Assembly: GCF_036916855.1 (NCBI RefSeq) | Contig: NZ_JBALFE010000029.1 | Origin: Nostoc sp. | Lineage (GTDB): Bacteria; Cyanobacteriota; Cyanobacteriia; Cyanobacteriales; Nostocaceae | DNA length: 64,000 bases | Strand: one strand, 5' to 3' | In this document: positions 20,086 to 29,562 of the stretch, one piece after another | How positions within the stretch are numbered: position 1 is the first letter of the stretch | How the letters are laid out: the number at the start of each line of letters is the position of its first letter | Notes under the pieces: model-generated | Database searches by the model: none | Seen by the model: only the letters and a program-made list of their open reading frames with translations | What the model was told of the DNA's origin: nothing | Translations under genes and position numbers: made by a program

Positions 20086-21423
20086 ATGCTCCTAGATTTA
20101 GAAAGATTTTATCAGGCTTGCAATCCGAGCAGACCTCTAATCATAGGAAATGCCAGCGATCGCAGGTACTATATCGATTTTGCTGCGGTGCGGGGTGGTA
20201 AAATCATTGAAGCTTTGCAGCGCACGATCGCTCGAATATCGCCGGATGTACCAACTTGTCAGCTATTTACAGGACATCTCGGCTGTGGGAAATCAACGGA
20301 GTTGTTGCGGCTGAAAGCTGAGTTAGAAGTGCAGCAATTTCATGTAGTTTACTTTGAGTCTACCCATGTCTTAGAAATGGCAGATGTGGATGTGACTGAT
20401 ATTTTGTTGGCGATCGCTGGTCAGGTGAGCGAAAGCCTAGAAGCCATGAGAATCAGGCTCAAACCTGCCTATTTTACTAAGTTGTTTGGTGAACTTGTCG
20501 ATTTCTTGCAGACACCAATTGACCTTGGGGTAGAAGCAGAATTGTCTGTGGGAATTGCCAAAATTACAGCTAAAACTAAAGAGAGTCCCCAATTGCGGCG
20601 GCGGTTAAGAGATTATCTAGAACCGCGAACAGCAAATATTTTACAGTCAATTAATCAAGAATTGCTAGAACGTGCCATCAAGGAACTGAAAACCAGGGGC
20701 AAAAAAGGATTGGTGGTCATTGTTGATAACTTGGATAGAGTGGCAATTCGACCTTTACCATCGGGGCGATCGCTACCAGAATACTTATTTATTCAGCGAG
20801 GTGAACAGTTACGCAAACTGAATTGTCATGTAGTCTACACTATTCCCTTAGCCCTGACCTTCTCCAACGATAGCGCCGAACTTCAGCATCGTTTGGGAGG
20901 AGGAGTCGCCCCGAAAATGTTACCGATGATACCTGTACGTCTGCGCTCTGGGGAGATTTTCCCTCAAGGGCTAGCAATGATGCGGCAAATGGTTCTAGCT
21001 AGAGCTTTTCCAGACATTTTGGCTAGCGATCGGTTAGGCTTAATTACAGAAGTGTTTGATAGTCTGGAAACCTTAGATCGGTTGTGCCTGATTAGTGGTG
21101 GTCATGTGCGCGACTTGCTAGGGTTGCTGTTTGACTGTCTGCGAGAACAAGATCCACCCTTTGAGCGGGATTGTGTCGAATTGGTGATTCTAAGACAGCG
21201 AGATTACCGAGCCAACGCTATCGACCCCCATGAGTGGGAATTAATCTTTCAGGTGGTGCAACAGCAGAGAGTTAGAGGTGATATAGAATACCACACTCTA
21301 TTGCGAAGTTTATTTGTATTTGAATACCGCGATCATCAGGGAGCTTGGTTTGCCGTCAACCCAGTTTTAGCAGAGACGGAAAAATTTAAATCATGGTTGA
21401 ACGACACCCACAAGCAGATATAA
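20086..21423 (+). CDS. P-loop NTPase (AAA/STAND-like ATPase), partner of the downstream giant protein
   Basis: 445 aa. Walker A is FTGHLGCGKSTELL, Walker B is GLVVIVDNLDRV, and a sensor-like ISGGHVRDLL follows. The last 31 nt overlap the next ORF. Confidence 0.8.
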   Translation: MLLDLERFYQACNPSRPLIIGNASDRRYYIDFAAVRGGKIIEALQRTIARISPDVPTCQLFTGHLGCGKSTELLRLKAELEVQQFHVVYFESTHVLEMADVDVTDILLAIAGQVSESLEAMRIRLKPAYFTKLFGELVDFLQTPIDLGVEAELSVGIAKITAKTKESPQLRRRLRDYLEPRTANILQSINQELLERAIKELKTRGKKGLVVIVDNLDRVAIRPLPSGRSLPEYLFIQRGEQLRKLNCHVVYTIPLALTFSNDSAELQHRLGGGVAPKMLPMIPVRLRSGEIFPQGLAMMRQMVLARAFPDILASDRLGLITEVFDSLETLDRLCLISGGHVRDLLGLLFDCLREQDPPFERDCVELVILRQRDYRANAIDPHEWELIFQVVQQQRVRGDIEYHTLLRSLFVFEYRDHQGAWFAVNPVLAETEKFKSWLNDTHKQI

Positions 21424-24400
21424 GAGCAGCCAACGAGCGTGCTTTAAGGAGTTTGGGGAGAGCAATTGCCCTTTCTAGCGGTCAATTCTCCCTGGTTTTG
21501 GTGTGCTGTAATTATCGAATTTTGCAAGAGCAAATGCTGCAACGACTCGAAGAAATTTCTTCAGGAGTACACCAAATTCAAAAGGTAGTTCTGCCGCATA
21601 ATGCTAGAAGCCTTTACACAAGTATCCATTTACAACTGGTAACCGCAGCTAATCCGCCATCGGCGTTGATGATTTTGGGTTTAGAGTCAGTAGATGGACT
21701 CGACGATTTACTGAGGTCTGTCAATCATATTCGGGATGAATTTCGCAAACGCCACCCATTTCCGATGATTTTGTGGGTGAATGAGGAAGTGTTGCAAAAG
21801 GTAGCGCGTTTAGCACCAGATTTTGCTAGTTGGGCGGCTACACCGATTCGGTTTAAAATGACAACTCAATCGCTGCTGCAATTTCTGCAACAGCAAACTG
21901 ACTCTTTGTTTGCCACAGTGTTACCAACCGATGCTGCACAACATCAACCTCCTCAAGTTGCAAAGCATTATTCCACTGTGGAGCAAGTCTGGGAACATAG
22001 CTATGAACTCCACTTTGCCATTAGAGAGTTGCACAATCGTGGTATTACCTTAGAGCCAGAATTACACGCTAGTTTAGAATTTGTTTTTGGTCTAGATAAT
22101 TATATTAGCGATCGCATTAATACAGCTTTAAACCATTTTCAACATAGCTTACAAGTCTGGCAAAAGTTGGAGGAGATAGGGAATGGGGGAGCAGAGGAAG
22201 ATGAGGGAGCAGGGGGGGATGAGGGGATATTTTCTTCCCCTACGCCTCCTAATCGCCCATCTCCACTGCTTCTGCGACAGGGAGTCTTGCTGTTTTATAT
22301 TGGGCTGTGTTATTGCCGTTTTGCAGAGCAAAATCAAACAGAAAACCGCCGCCATTGGTACACCGCTAAATCTTATTTTCAGCAATGCTTGAATATCTTG
22401 CAGGTGGCTGGGCGTTTGGATATAGTTGCTGGATTTATTAATCAACTCGCTGAGGTTTTGCAATATCTGCAAGAGTGGGAAGAATTGCAGACTGTTGCTC
22501 AAAAGGCTTTGGAGTTACATCAAACTTATGGTACTCAAATCCAATTAGCTTGTGACTATGGTTTTCTGGCGCAAGTGGCTGTGCAGCAGTCGCGGTGGGT
22601 ACAGGCGAGTATATTAGCACACGTATCACTGCTAAAATTAGGTGAAGCGCAAAAGCACAACGACCCTCATAACTGCTTATTCCCATTACTGCTGGGGCAA
22701 ATTTACTATTTAGTGTTGGCGAAAGCGCAGCGAAATTTAGGTGAGCAAGAAGTCGCTCGTGAATACCTGGACAAGGCAACAAATGAACTACCAGCAGCCT
22801 TAGAAAGCAGTGCCCATCAATACGATGCCCATCGTTATATTCGCTTATTGCGGACACTGCGATCGCTGTACTTTGAAGAAGGACGCTATTTGGAAGCCTA
22901 TTACATTCGACAGAAACGGCGTTCTGTTGAGCAGCAATATGGTTTTCGGGCTTTTATCGGTGCAGGGCGCTTGCAACCCCAAAGACAGGCGACAAACCCA
23001 GCATTGATGTCACCTTCTGGTAGCAGCAGCGTCGCTTTAGAAATTACGGCTTCTGGTCGGGAGCGTGATATTAATAACTTAATTGGAAGAATTAGCCGCG
23101 CCGATCAAAAGTTGACGGTGATTCACGGTCAATCGGGGGTAGGTAAGAGTTCTACCGTGACGGCGGGTTTAGTTCCAGCATTACAAAATCGAGCCATTGG
23201 TGATCAAATAGCTGTGCCTGTGGTGTTGCAAGTTTATACCGATTGGGCACGGGAATTAGGAAAATCTTTGAGTGAGGCGATATCTAGTGACGCATCCCTT
23301 GCTGTCTACGCTGATATCATGCCAGAAGCAGCCATTGAACCAGAAGCTTTACCCTACTCTGCCACACCGATTACCATCCTCAGAATTTTACGACAACTAA
23401 AAGAAAATGCCGATCGCCATCTGATTACAGTTTTAATTTTTGACCAGTTTGAAGAATTTTTCTTTGGTTATAGCGATCGCAATCAAAAGCAAGAATTTGA
23501 TAAATTTATTAGCGACTGCCTCAAAATACCCTTCGTCAAAGTTATCCTTTCCTTGCGAGAAGATTATTTACATCGGTTATTAGACTTTAAACATCTTTCG
23601 GCGCTAGAAGCCATTAATAATAATATTCTCGACAAGCATATTCGCTATCAGTTAAATAATTTTTCGCCAGAATATGCTAAAGCAATTATCCGAAAATTGA
23701 CCGAGCGATCGCAGTTTAATTTGGAACCTGCTTTAATTGATGCCTTAATCGAAGATTTATCAACAGAATTTGGAGAAGTCCGCCCCATAGAATTACAAGT
23801 TGTGGGAGCGCAAATCCAAGATGAGCGCATTACTACACTAGAAGAATATCAGCCATATAGGCCCAACAAACTTATTGAGCGATATCTTAAGGAACTGATT
23901 AAAGACTGCGGCCCAGAAAACGAACGAGCCGCGTTACTCGTCTTATACTTATTAACAGATGAAAGCAACAACCGACCTTTTAAAACTCGTGCTGAGTTAG
24001 CAGCACAGCTAGCAGAGTTAGAAGATGCTGGCAAATTAGAGTTAGTCTTAGACATTTTAGTGCGCTCTGGGTTAGTGGTACTATTCCCTGATGTACCAGA
24101 ACGCTATCAACTGATTCACGATTATTTAGTAGACTTAATTCGCTACCTGCAACAACAGGAATCTAGCTTACAGGTACAACTAAATCAGTTGCGCTACAAG
24201 GTAGAACAAAGTAAAGCTGAGATTGAGAGACTTAAAAGCGAACTTAGCCAAAATAAGCAGCATTTCAAATTGGTAGATCCTCATCCGCAACAGGGTTTGG
24301 ATTTATTAACAGAATTGCGGGAGTTACACAAACGAGAAGAATTAAGTCAGTTACAAATTGAGCAATTAAGAGCTGAACTAAAGGAAAAAGAGTTAACAGC

Positions 24401-26561
24401 TAAACTTGCAGAAAGCCAAAAGAAACAAAGACTCAGTGAAGCTCAATTAAATCGGTCGTTAAAAATCGCCCTAACTGCTTCCGTTCTCGCCATATTAGGA
24501 TTAAGCGTTTCCATCGTGACAGCAGTAGATAGCGAAATTAAAACCCTCAGTGCATCCAGTGAAGCCCTCTTTGCCTCACAAAAAGGTATTGATGCTCTAA
24601 AAGAAGGTTTAAAGGCGGGAAGAAAATTACAACAAACAATCTGGGTAGATTCTTATACAAAGGAGCAAGTACAGACAGCACTTTATCAAGCAGTTTCCGG
24701 GTTAAGAGAATATAACCGTTTAGAAGGGCATCTATCTGGGGTAAATAGTACTACATTCAGCCGCGGTCGCTCTTTAATTGCCTCAGCCAGTGCGGACACT
24801 ACAATTAAACTTTGGCGTCCTGATGGTAGCTTGTTCAAAACGTTATCGGGGCATGAAGATGTAGTTAATAGCGTCAGTTTCAGCCCAGATGGTCAAATCG
24901 TTGCTTCTGCCAGTCAAGACAAGACGGTAAAACTTTGGAGTCGAGAGGGTCAATTGCTTGCTACTCTATTAGGACATCAAGCTGTGGTAAATAGTGTCAG
25001 TTTCAGCTCTGATGGTCAGATTATTGCCTCGGCGAGTACAGACAAGACGGTAAAACTCTGGAGTCGGGATGGTAAATTACTCAAAACCTTGCAGGGACAT
25101 GATGGTGCAGTCTTAGGCGTGGCTTGGTCGCCTGATGGTCAAACTATTGCTTCGGCGAGTGCTGACAAGACGCTGAAATTGTGGAGTCGTGATGGTAAAT
25201 TACTCAAAACCTTGCAGGGACATGAGGATGCAGTAAAAAGTGTAGCTTGGTCGCCTGATGGGAAAGCGGTAAGCAAAGCCATGCCCAAAGGGCTTATCGC
25301 TTCTGCTAGTTTAGACCAGACAATCAAACTGTGGAATCTGGAGGGTAAGCTAGTGCGAACCTTATCGGGACATAGTGCTGGAGTTACCAGCGTCAGTTTT
25401 AGCCGCGATGGTAACACGATCGCTTCCGCAAGTACCGATGAGACAATCAAACTTTGGAGTTCTGAAGGTGTGTTGCTGGGAACCCTGAAGGGACATAATA
25501 ATTGGGTGAATAGCGTCAGTTTCAGCCCAGATGGTCGCACCCTTGCTTCCGCCAGTCGGGACAAAACTATTAAACTTTGGCATTGGGACGATGTGCTATT
25601 GCGAAAGCCCAAAGCCGATAATGATGACTGGGTAACTAGCATCAGTTTTAGCCCAGACGATCGCACCTTAGCAGCAGCAAGTCGAGACAAAACCGTAAAA
25701 ATTTTCAGTCGTGATGGTAAACTAAACCGTACTTTCACGGGGCATCAGGGTCAAGTTTGGGGAGTTAGTTTTAGCCCTGATGGTCAAGTAATTGCTTCGG
25801 CTAGTAAAGATAAAACAGTGAAGCTTTGGAGTGGTGACGGTAAACTGCTCAACACCTTACAGGGTCATAATGATGCCGTCTTGGGTGTTGCTTGGTCGCC
25901 TGATAGTCAAGTAATTGCCTCGGCTAGTAAAGATAAAACAGTAAAACTTTGGAGCCGCAACGGTAAACTACTCAACACCTTGCAGGATCATCAAGATGCA
26001 GTGAATTGGGTAAGTTTTAGCCCAGATGGTAAATTACTAGCCTCAGCCAGTGATGACAAAACCGTGAAAATCTGGAGTTTAGAGGGTAAATTGCTATACA
26101 CCTTAGCTGGTCATAGCCGCCGGGTAAATGGGGTTGCTTGGTCGCCTGATGGTCAGGCGATCGCTTCAGTTAGTATTGATAGCACGGTCAAACTTTGGAG
26201 CCGGGACGGTCACCTGCTAAGTAATTTTGCCGGAGATGGTGATAGTTTCATTAGTGTCAGTTTTAGCCCCGATGGCAAGACTCTGGCAGCTAGCAGTGAT
26301 GACAAAGTGAGGATTTGGAACCGAGAAGGGACGTTGTTGATTGCTTTGAAAGGTGATAAAGGTGAGTTAACCAGCGTCAGTTTCAGCCATGATGGCAAAA
26401 CTTTGGCTGCGGGTAGTGGCAATGGCACAGTAATTTTCCAAGATTTAGCAGATATCAAGCTCGAAAAATTACTGGCACAGGGTTGCCATTTGCTACATGA
26501 TTATTTGCAGACTAATCAGAAGGTAATGAAAAGCGATCGCGCCTTATGTTCTGGTAGGTGA
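21393..26561 (+). CDS. Giant multidomain STAND NTPase: N-terminal alpha/beta module, TPR-like repeats, P-loop NTPase, coiled coil, one TM helix, 14 WD40 repeats
   Basis: 1,722 aa. Walker A is VIHGQSGVGKSS (~23127-23153) and Walker B is VLIFDQFEEFF. A heptad coiled coil spans ~24150-24460, followed by a hydrophobic helix (LKIALTASVLAILGLSVSIVTAV). There are 14 blades of the form GHxxxVxSVSFSPDGxxIASAS.DKTVKLW (24727-26440). Confidence 0.9.
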   Translation: MVERHPQADIRAANERALRSLGRAIALSSGQFSLVLVCCNYRILQEQMLQRLEEISSGVHQIQKVVLPHNARSLYTSIHLQLVTAANPPSALMILGLESVDGLDDLLRSVNHIRDEFRKRHPFPMILWVNEEVLQKVARLAPDFASWAATPIRFKMTTQSLLQFLQQQTDSLFATVLPTDAAQHQPPQVAKHYSTVEQVWEHSYELHFAIRELHNRGITLEPELHASLEFVFGLDNYISDRINTALNHFQHSLQVWQKLEEIGNGGAEEDEGAGGDEGIFSSPTPPNRPSPLLLRQGVLLFYIGLCYCRFAEQNQTENRRHWYTAKSYFQQCLNILQVAGRLDIVAGFINQLAEVLQYLQEWEELQTVAQKALELHQTYGTQIQLACDYGFLAQVAVQQSRWVQASILAHVSLLKLGEAQKHNDPHNCLFPLLLGQIYYLVLAKAQRNLGEQEVAREYLDKATNELPAALESSAHQYDAHRYIRLLRTLRSLYFEEGRYLEAYYIRQKRRSVEQQYGFRAFIGAGRLQPQRQATNPALMSPSGSSSVALEITASGRERDINNLIGRISRADQKLTVIHGQSGVGKSSTVTAGLVPALQNRAIGDQIAVPVVLQVYTDWARELGKSLSEAISSDASLAVYADIMPEAAIEPEALPYSATPITILRILRQLKENADRHLITVLIFDQFEEFFFGYSDRNQKQEFDKFISDCLKIPFVKVILSLREDYLHRLLDFKHLSALEAINNNILDKHIRYQLNNFSPEYAKAIIRKLTERSQFNLEPALIDALIEDLSTEFGEVRPIELQVVGAQIQDERITTLEEYQPYRPNKLIERYLKELIKDCGPENERAALLVLYLLTDESNNRPFKTRAELAAQLAELEDAGKLELVLDILVRSGLVVLFPDVPERYQLIHDYLVDLIRYLQQQESSLQVQLNQLRYKVEQSKAEIERLKSELSQNKQHFKLVDPHPQQGLDLLTELRELHKREELSQLQIEQLRAELKEKELTAKLAESQKKQRLSEAQLNRSLKIALTASVLAILGLSVSIVTAVDSEIKTLSASSEALFASQKGIDALKEGLKAGRKLQQTIWVDSYTKEQVQTALYQAVSGLREYNRLEGHLSGVNSTTFSRGRSLIASASADTTIKLWRPDGSLFKTLSGHEDVVNSVSFSPDGQIVASASQDKTVKLWSREGQLLATLLGHQAVVNSVSFSSDGQIIASASTDKTVKLWSRDGKLLKTLQGHDGAVLGVAWSPDGQTIASASADKTLKLWSRDGKLLKTLQGHEDAVKSVAWSPDGKAVSKAMPKGLIASASLDQTIKLWNLEGKLVRTLSGHSAGVTSVSFSRDGNTIASASTDETIKLWSSEGVLLGTLKGHNNWVNSVSFSPDGRTLASASRDKTIKLWHWDDVLLRKPKADNDDWVTSISFSPDDRTLAAASRDKTVKIFSRDGKLNRTFTGHQGQVWGVSFSPDGQVIASASKDKTVKLWSGDGKLLNTLQGHNDAVLGVAWSPDSQVIASASKDKTVKLWSRNGKLLNTLQDHQDAVNWVSFSPDGKLLASASDDKTVKIWSLEGKLLYTLAGHSRRVNGVAWSPDGQAIASVSIDSTVKLWSRDGHLLSNFAGDGDSFISVSFSPDGKTLAASSDDKVRIWNREGTLLIALKGDKGELTSVSFSHDGKTLAAGSGNGTVIFQDLADIKLEKLLAQGCHLLHDYLQTNQKVMKSDRALCSGR

Positions 26562-26637
26562 TGGAGATGAATGTTGAAAGACGTTAATTTAGCAGATGAG
26601 GCGATACTCACTAACAAATATCGCTTACTTAAAGCAA

Positions 26638-26973
26638 TTAGCACCCAAATTCTTCTCTAAGCCTGCGCCTTAAATCTCCAGAGATAGGTAGCCAGTTAAT
26701 TTCTTGGCAGATATTGTTACGAGTTTCCCCATTTTGTAAGCGCTGTCTATAGATGGCTATTAACAACGCCTCTAGACCAAACTTAGATAACATATCAGCT
26801 GCCAAGCCTATTATTCCCAGCAGAACTATACCACCTATCATCCCTCCTGGCCCCAACATTGCTAAAGCTGCTGTAATAGCAGCAGCACCAGTAAGACCTG
26901 TAGTAGCCATCGTAATTATAAGTACAATTGCAGGCAAACCTATTCCAGCTGCTTTCCTTACAAATTCATCCAT
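26638..26973 (-). CDS. Small glycine-zipper membrane protein (111 aa from M17 of the track ORF)
   Basis: Two predicted TM helices, including GPGGMIGGIVLLGIIGLAA (GxxxG-type zipper), then a basic amphipathic tail. It is divergent from the hydrolase gene. No homolog recognised. Confidence 0.5.
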   Translation of the reverse strand: MDEFVRKAAGIGLPAIVLIITMATTGLTGAAAITAALAMLGPGGMIGGIVLLGIIGLAADMLSKFGLEALLIAIYRQRLQNGETRNNICQEINWLPISGDLRRRLREEFGC

Positions 26974-27157
26974 ACTATATCCTCTAATAAATACTGATAT
27001 AACAGACTCATTGGGTTTCAAGTTTAGTGTTCCCTGAAATTTTTACGGCTCAACATCAAATAACAATTGTTTTATAGCGCAATGATTTGAGGTTAGTTAT
27101 GGGGAAATATTATAACAGTACAATTTCTAGCAGTTATAACTGTAATTATTCATCAGT

Positions 27158-28090
27158 ATGCTTGTATTCTTTATCCACGGTGTCAACACTCAGAATTCTA
27201 GATATGCTGACGTACTCATAAAAAAAATCCACAAAAAACTAGCAATCCCTGCAAACTTTTACTCAAGTTTTTGGGGGAACTTATTCAACAATAAGAAACA
27301 TCAAACTATTGGATGTATTGAGAAGGATTTTTCTAGATTTTGTGAACATCATAAAGAATATAAAGGTTCGTATGATGATATTTACAGATACAAAAAACGA
27401 AGAAATGAGATAATCAGTAATTTTTTAGGTGATTTTTTAATCTATCAAAATCCCGATCGCGGTAAAGCAATACGTAAAACTATCGTTGAACAACTGAGTC
27501 AGTTCTTAAATGACCACTCAAATCAACAAGAAATTCATTTTATTGCTCATTCTCTAGGTAGTTTAATTCTGTGGGATCTCATTTTTTCAGATACTTTAGA
27601 CAATGATGATCCAGCTTTTATTTTTCGTGAGAAACTAAATCTGTTAAATTTAGCTAGCATTACGACCTTGGGTTCTCCTCTCTTATTCCTTAAACAAATG
27701 CTAGATATTGATTTCTCGGTTATCAATTATTATTTTAAAAGTTCTAGTAAAGAAGAAACTGCTGGATTGCAGAAGTTAAGATGGGTAAATATAATTCATT
27801 CCTCTGACTTAATTGCCTATCCTCTCAAAGCTGCTATAGAAGATGAAATTAGCTCAGATTTATTATTCTGCGATCATTATGTGTGGCAGTATGCAAACAA
27901 GATGGAGAAAACATTAAACAATATGGGTCAATCAGATATGGCAATGGTTGTTGGAGCAGAAGATGCTCATTCTTCGTACTTTTACGATAATCTGGATGGT
28001 GATATTACATCAGGTATTATTGCATATAATTTGTTAGGAAAGACACAAAAACTTTTAGAAAGGTGTGTCCATCCAAGACCTATGGGATGA
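27158..28090 (+). CDS. Alpha/beta-hydrolase-fold serine hydrolase (lipase/esterase-like)
   Basis: 310 aa. It opens with MLVFFIHG (strand plus an oxyanion-type HG). Nucleophile elbow is IAHSLGS (27541-27562). Candidate Asp is in IIHSSDLIAYP and candidate His in GAEDAHSSYF. No signal peptide. The gene is conspicuously AT-rich with no full HIP1 site. Confidence 0.7.
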   Translation: MLVFFIHGVNTQNSRYADVLIKKIHKKLAIPANFYSSFWGNLFNNKKHQTIGCIEKDFSRFCEHHKEYKGSYDDIYRYKKRRNEIISNFLGDFLIYQNPDRGKAIRKTIVEQLSQFLNDHSNQQEIHFIAHSLGSLILWDLIFSDTLDNDDPAFIFREKLNLLNLASITTLGSPLLFLKQMLDIDFSVINYYFKSSSKEETAGLQKLRWVNIIHSSDLIAYPLKAAIEDEISSDLLFCDHYVWQYANKMEKTLNNMGQSDMAMVVGAEDAHSSYFYDNLDGDITSGIIAYNLLGKTQKLLERCVHPRPMG

Positions 28091-28161
28091 TTGAAGCCAT
28101 AGACAAAGCGTACATCTTGGTAGCATTGAGTGAAGTACCCGTCAGCAAGGGAGCAAGGGCG

Positions 28162-28785
28162 ATGTACGCAACCGTCACACAACCACTGACTTTTGAAGAG
28201 TTTCTTTCCTGGGACGATGGTTCAGGCAGAGAGTTTGAGCTATTGGATGGGATTCCCATGCCATTATCAGAACCAAATGCAAATCATGAGGATTTGATCG
28301 AGCGACTGTGTGCCTACCTAGAAAATCACTGCCAAGAAAATGACCTGCCTTACGTGTCGCGCCAGTCCAAGCAGGTTCGGCTCAAAACAGCACCAGGAGA
28401 AAAGGAAAAAAGCCGGAAAGCAGATATTGTCATATTTGCTAGAGAAGAATGGCAGAGGATGAAAACTAGCTCTAGTTCTGCTGCTGCATATATTCCACCA
28501 CCCGGAATCATTGAGGTCGTTAGCAACAACTGGAAGGACGACTATCTGACAAAACTTGCTGAATATGAAGACTTGGGCGTTTTCGAGTACGTCATTGTGG
28601 ACTATGCTGCTTTTGGTGGCATTCGGTTCATTGGCTCTCCCAAGCAGCCAACCATTACAATCTACCAACTTGAAGGTGCAGAGTATTTACCCCCAAAGGT
28701 GTTTCGAGGGCAGGATCGAATTGATTCTAGATTGTTTCCAAACATTCCCTTAACTGCTGAACAGATTTTTGCAATGAGTCGCTGA
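28162..28785 (+). CDS. Uma2-family (DUF820) putative endonuclease
   Basis: Start moved to MYATVTQPLTFEEFLSW. PD-(D/E)xK-like core: KADIVIF...IEVVSNNWKDDYLTKLAEYEDLGVFEYVIVDY. It is a close paralog of the copy at 37635-38255. Confidence 0.85.
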   Translation: MYATVTQPLTFEEFLSWDDGSGREFELLDGIPMPLSEPNANHEDLIERLCAYLENHCQENDLPYVSRQSKQVRLKTAPGEKEKSRKADIVIFAREEWQRMKTSSSSAAAYIPPPGIIEVVSNNWKDDYLTKLAEYEDLGVFEYVIVDYAAFGGIRFIGSPKQPTITIYQLEGAEYLPPKVFRGQDRIDSRLFPNIPLTAEQIFAMSR

Positions 28786-29562
28786 TTAGCAACGAAGAAA
28801 TTTATTCTAGTCGTCTTCTTGCCACAATCGCCCAACGGTAATCAAATGTGGTGTAGCTAGCTACATTATTTACACAGGTTGTAAATTGACGATCGCTTTG
28901 GTGCAGTCTCTAGGCGCGATCGCACCCCAAAAAATTCTTACATAATTTAGTGTGTGTACCAATACGGCACAACAACACGGAAAAGCTGAACGGCTCAAGG
29001 TAACAAAGACACTGTAAGAGCGATCGCTGTACTACAGTTTTTGAGTGCGATGTCTCTCTACGCCTTTCTGGAGTTGAGTGGCGGAATCAATAATAAGATT
29101 AACAAGCATGACACTAGAAGCATATTCTGTGTAAGAAGATACTTATTGTTGAACTTTTGGTATCATTTTTAGAGTACTTCAACTTTGGTTTCATGCCCTG
29201 TATTCAAGTCGATGTTAAAGTTACACCTCATAAAGCTATTCACGCTCCTAAGGCTGAGGCATCTAAATCTGAGGTAATTATGGACGCTCTTAATCATTAC
29301 CCAGAGTGTACTGAGGATATGCCAAATCCTGACTTGAATCCTTCCATCGAACTTATTAAAGGCAGAACCAGCCATCATCTCTGGCATCAAATGAGCCAAA
29401 CTATTTATATTTCTACGCCACAACATTCATCACTTGTTTGATGAGATTTTTCATATCATAACTAATTGCAGTTGTCAATATTTTTTTAGTTTACCTAAAA
29501 ATGTAGGTAAATAAACTAGGCTGTGATTGGTTTATTATTCTCAGCTTAATTTAGTTCTAATC

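Noticed and set aside
29157-29441. 94-aa ORF with a hint of a ribbon-helix-helix antitoxin motif (KAEASKSEVIMDALNHY), mirrored by an 85-aa antisense ORF
   Set aside because: It has a TTG start and no adjacent toxin partner. The beta-strand and helix-1 parts of an RHH are not convincing, and the antisense ORF of equal length shows that the region is simply stop-poor. It could be a decayed TA remnant, but this is unsupported.
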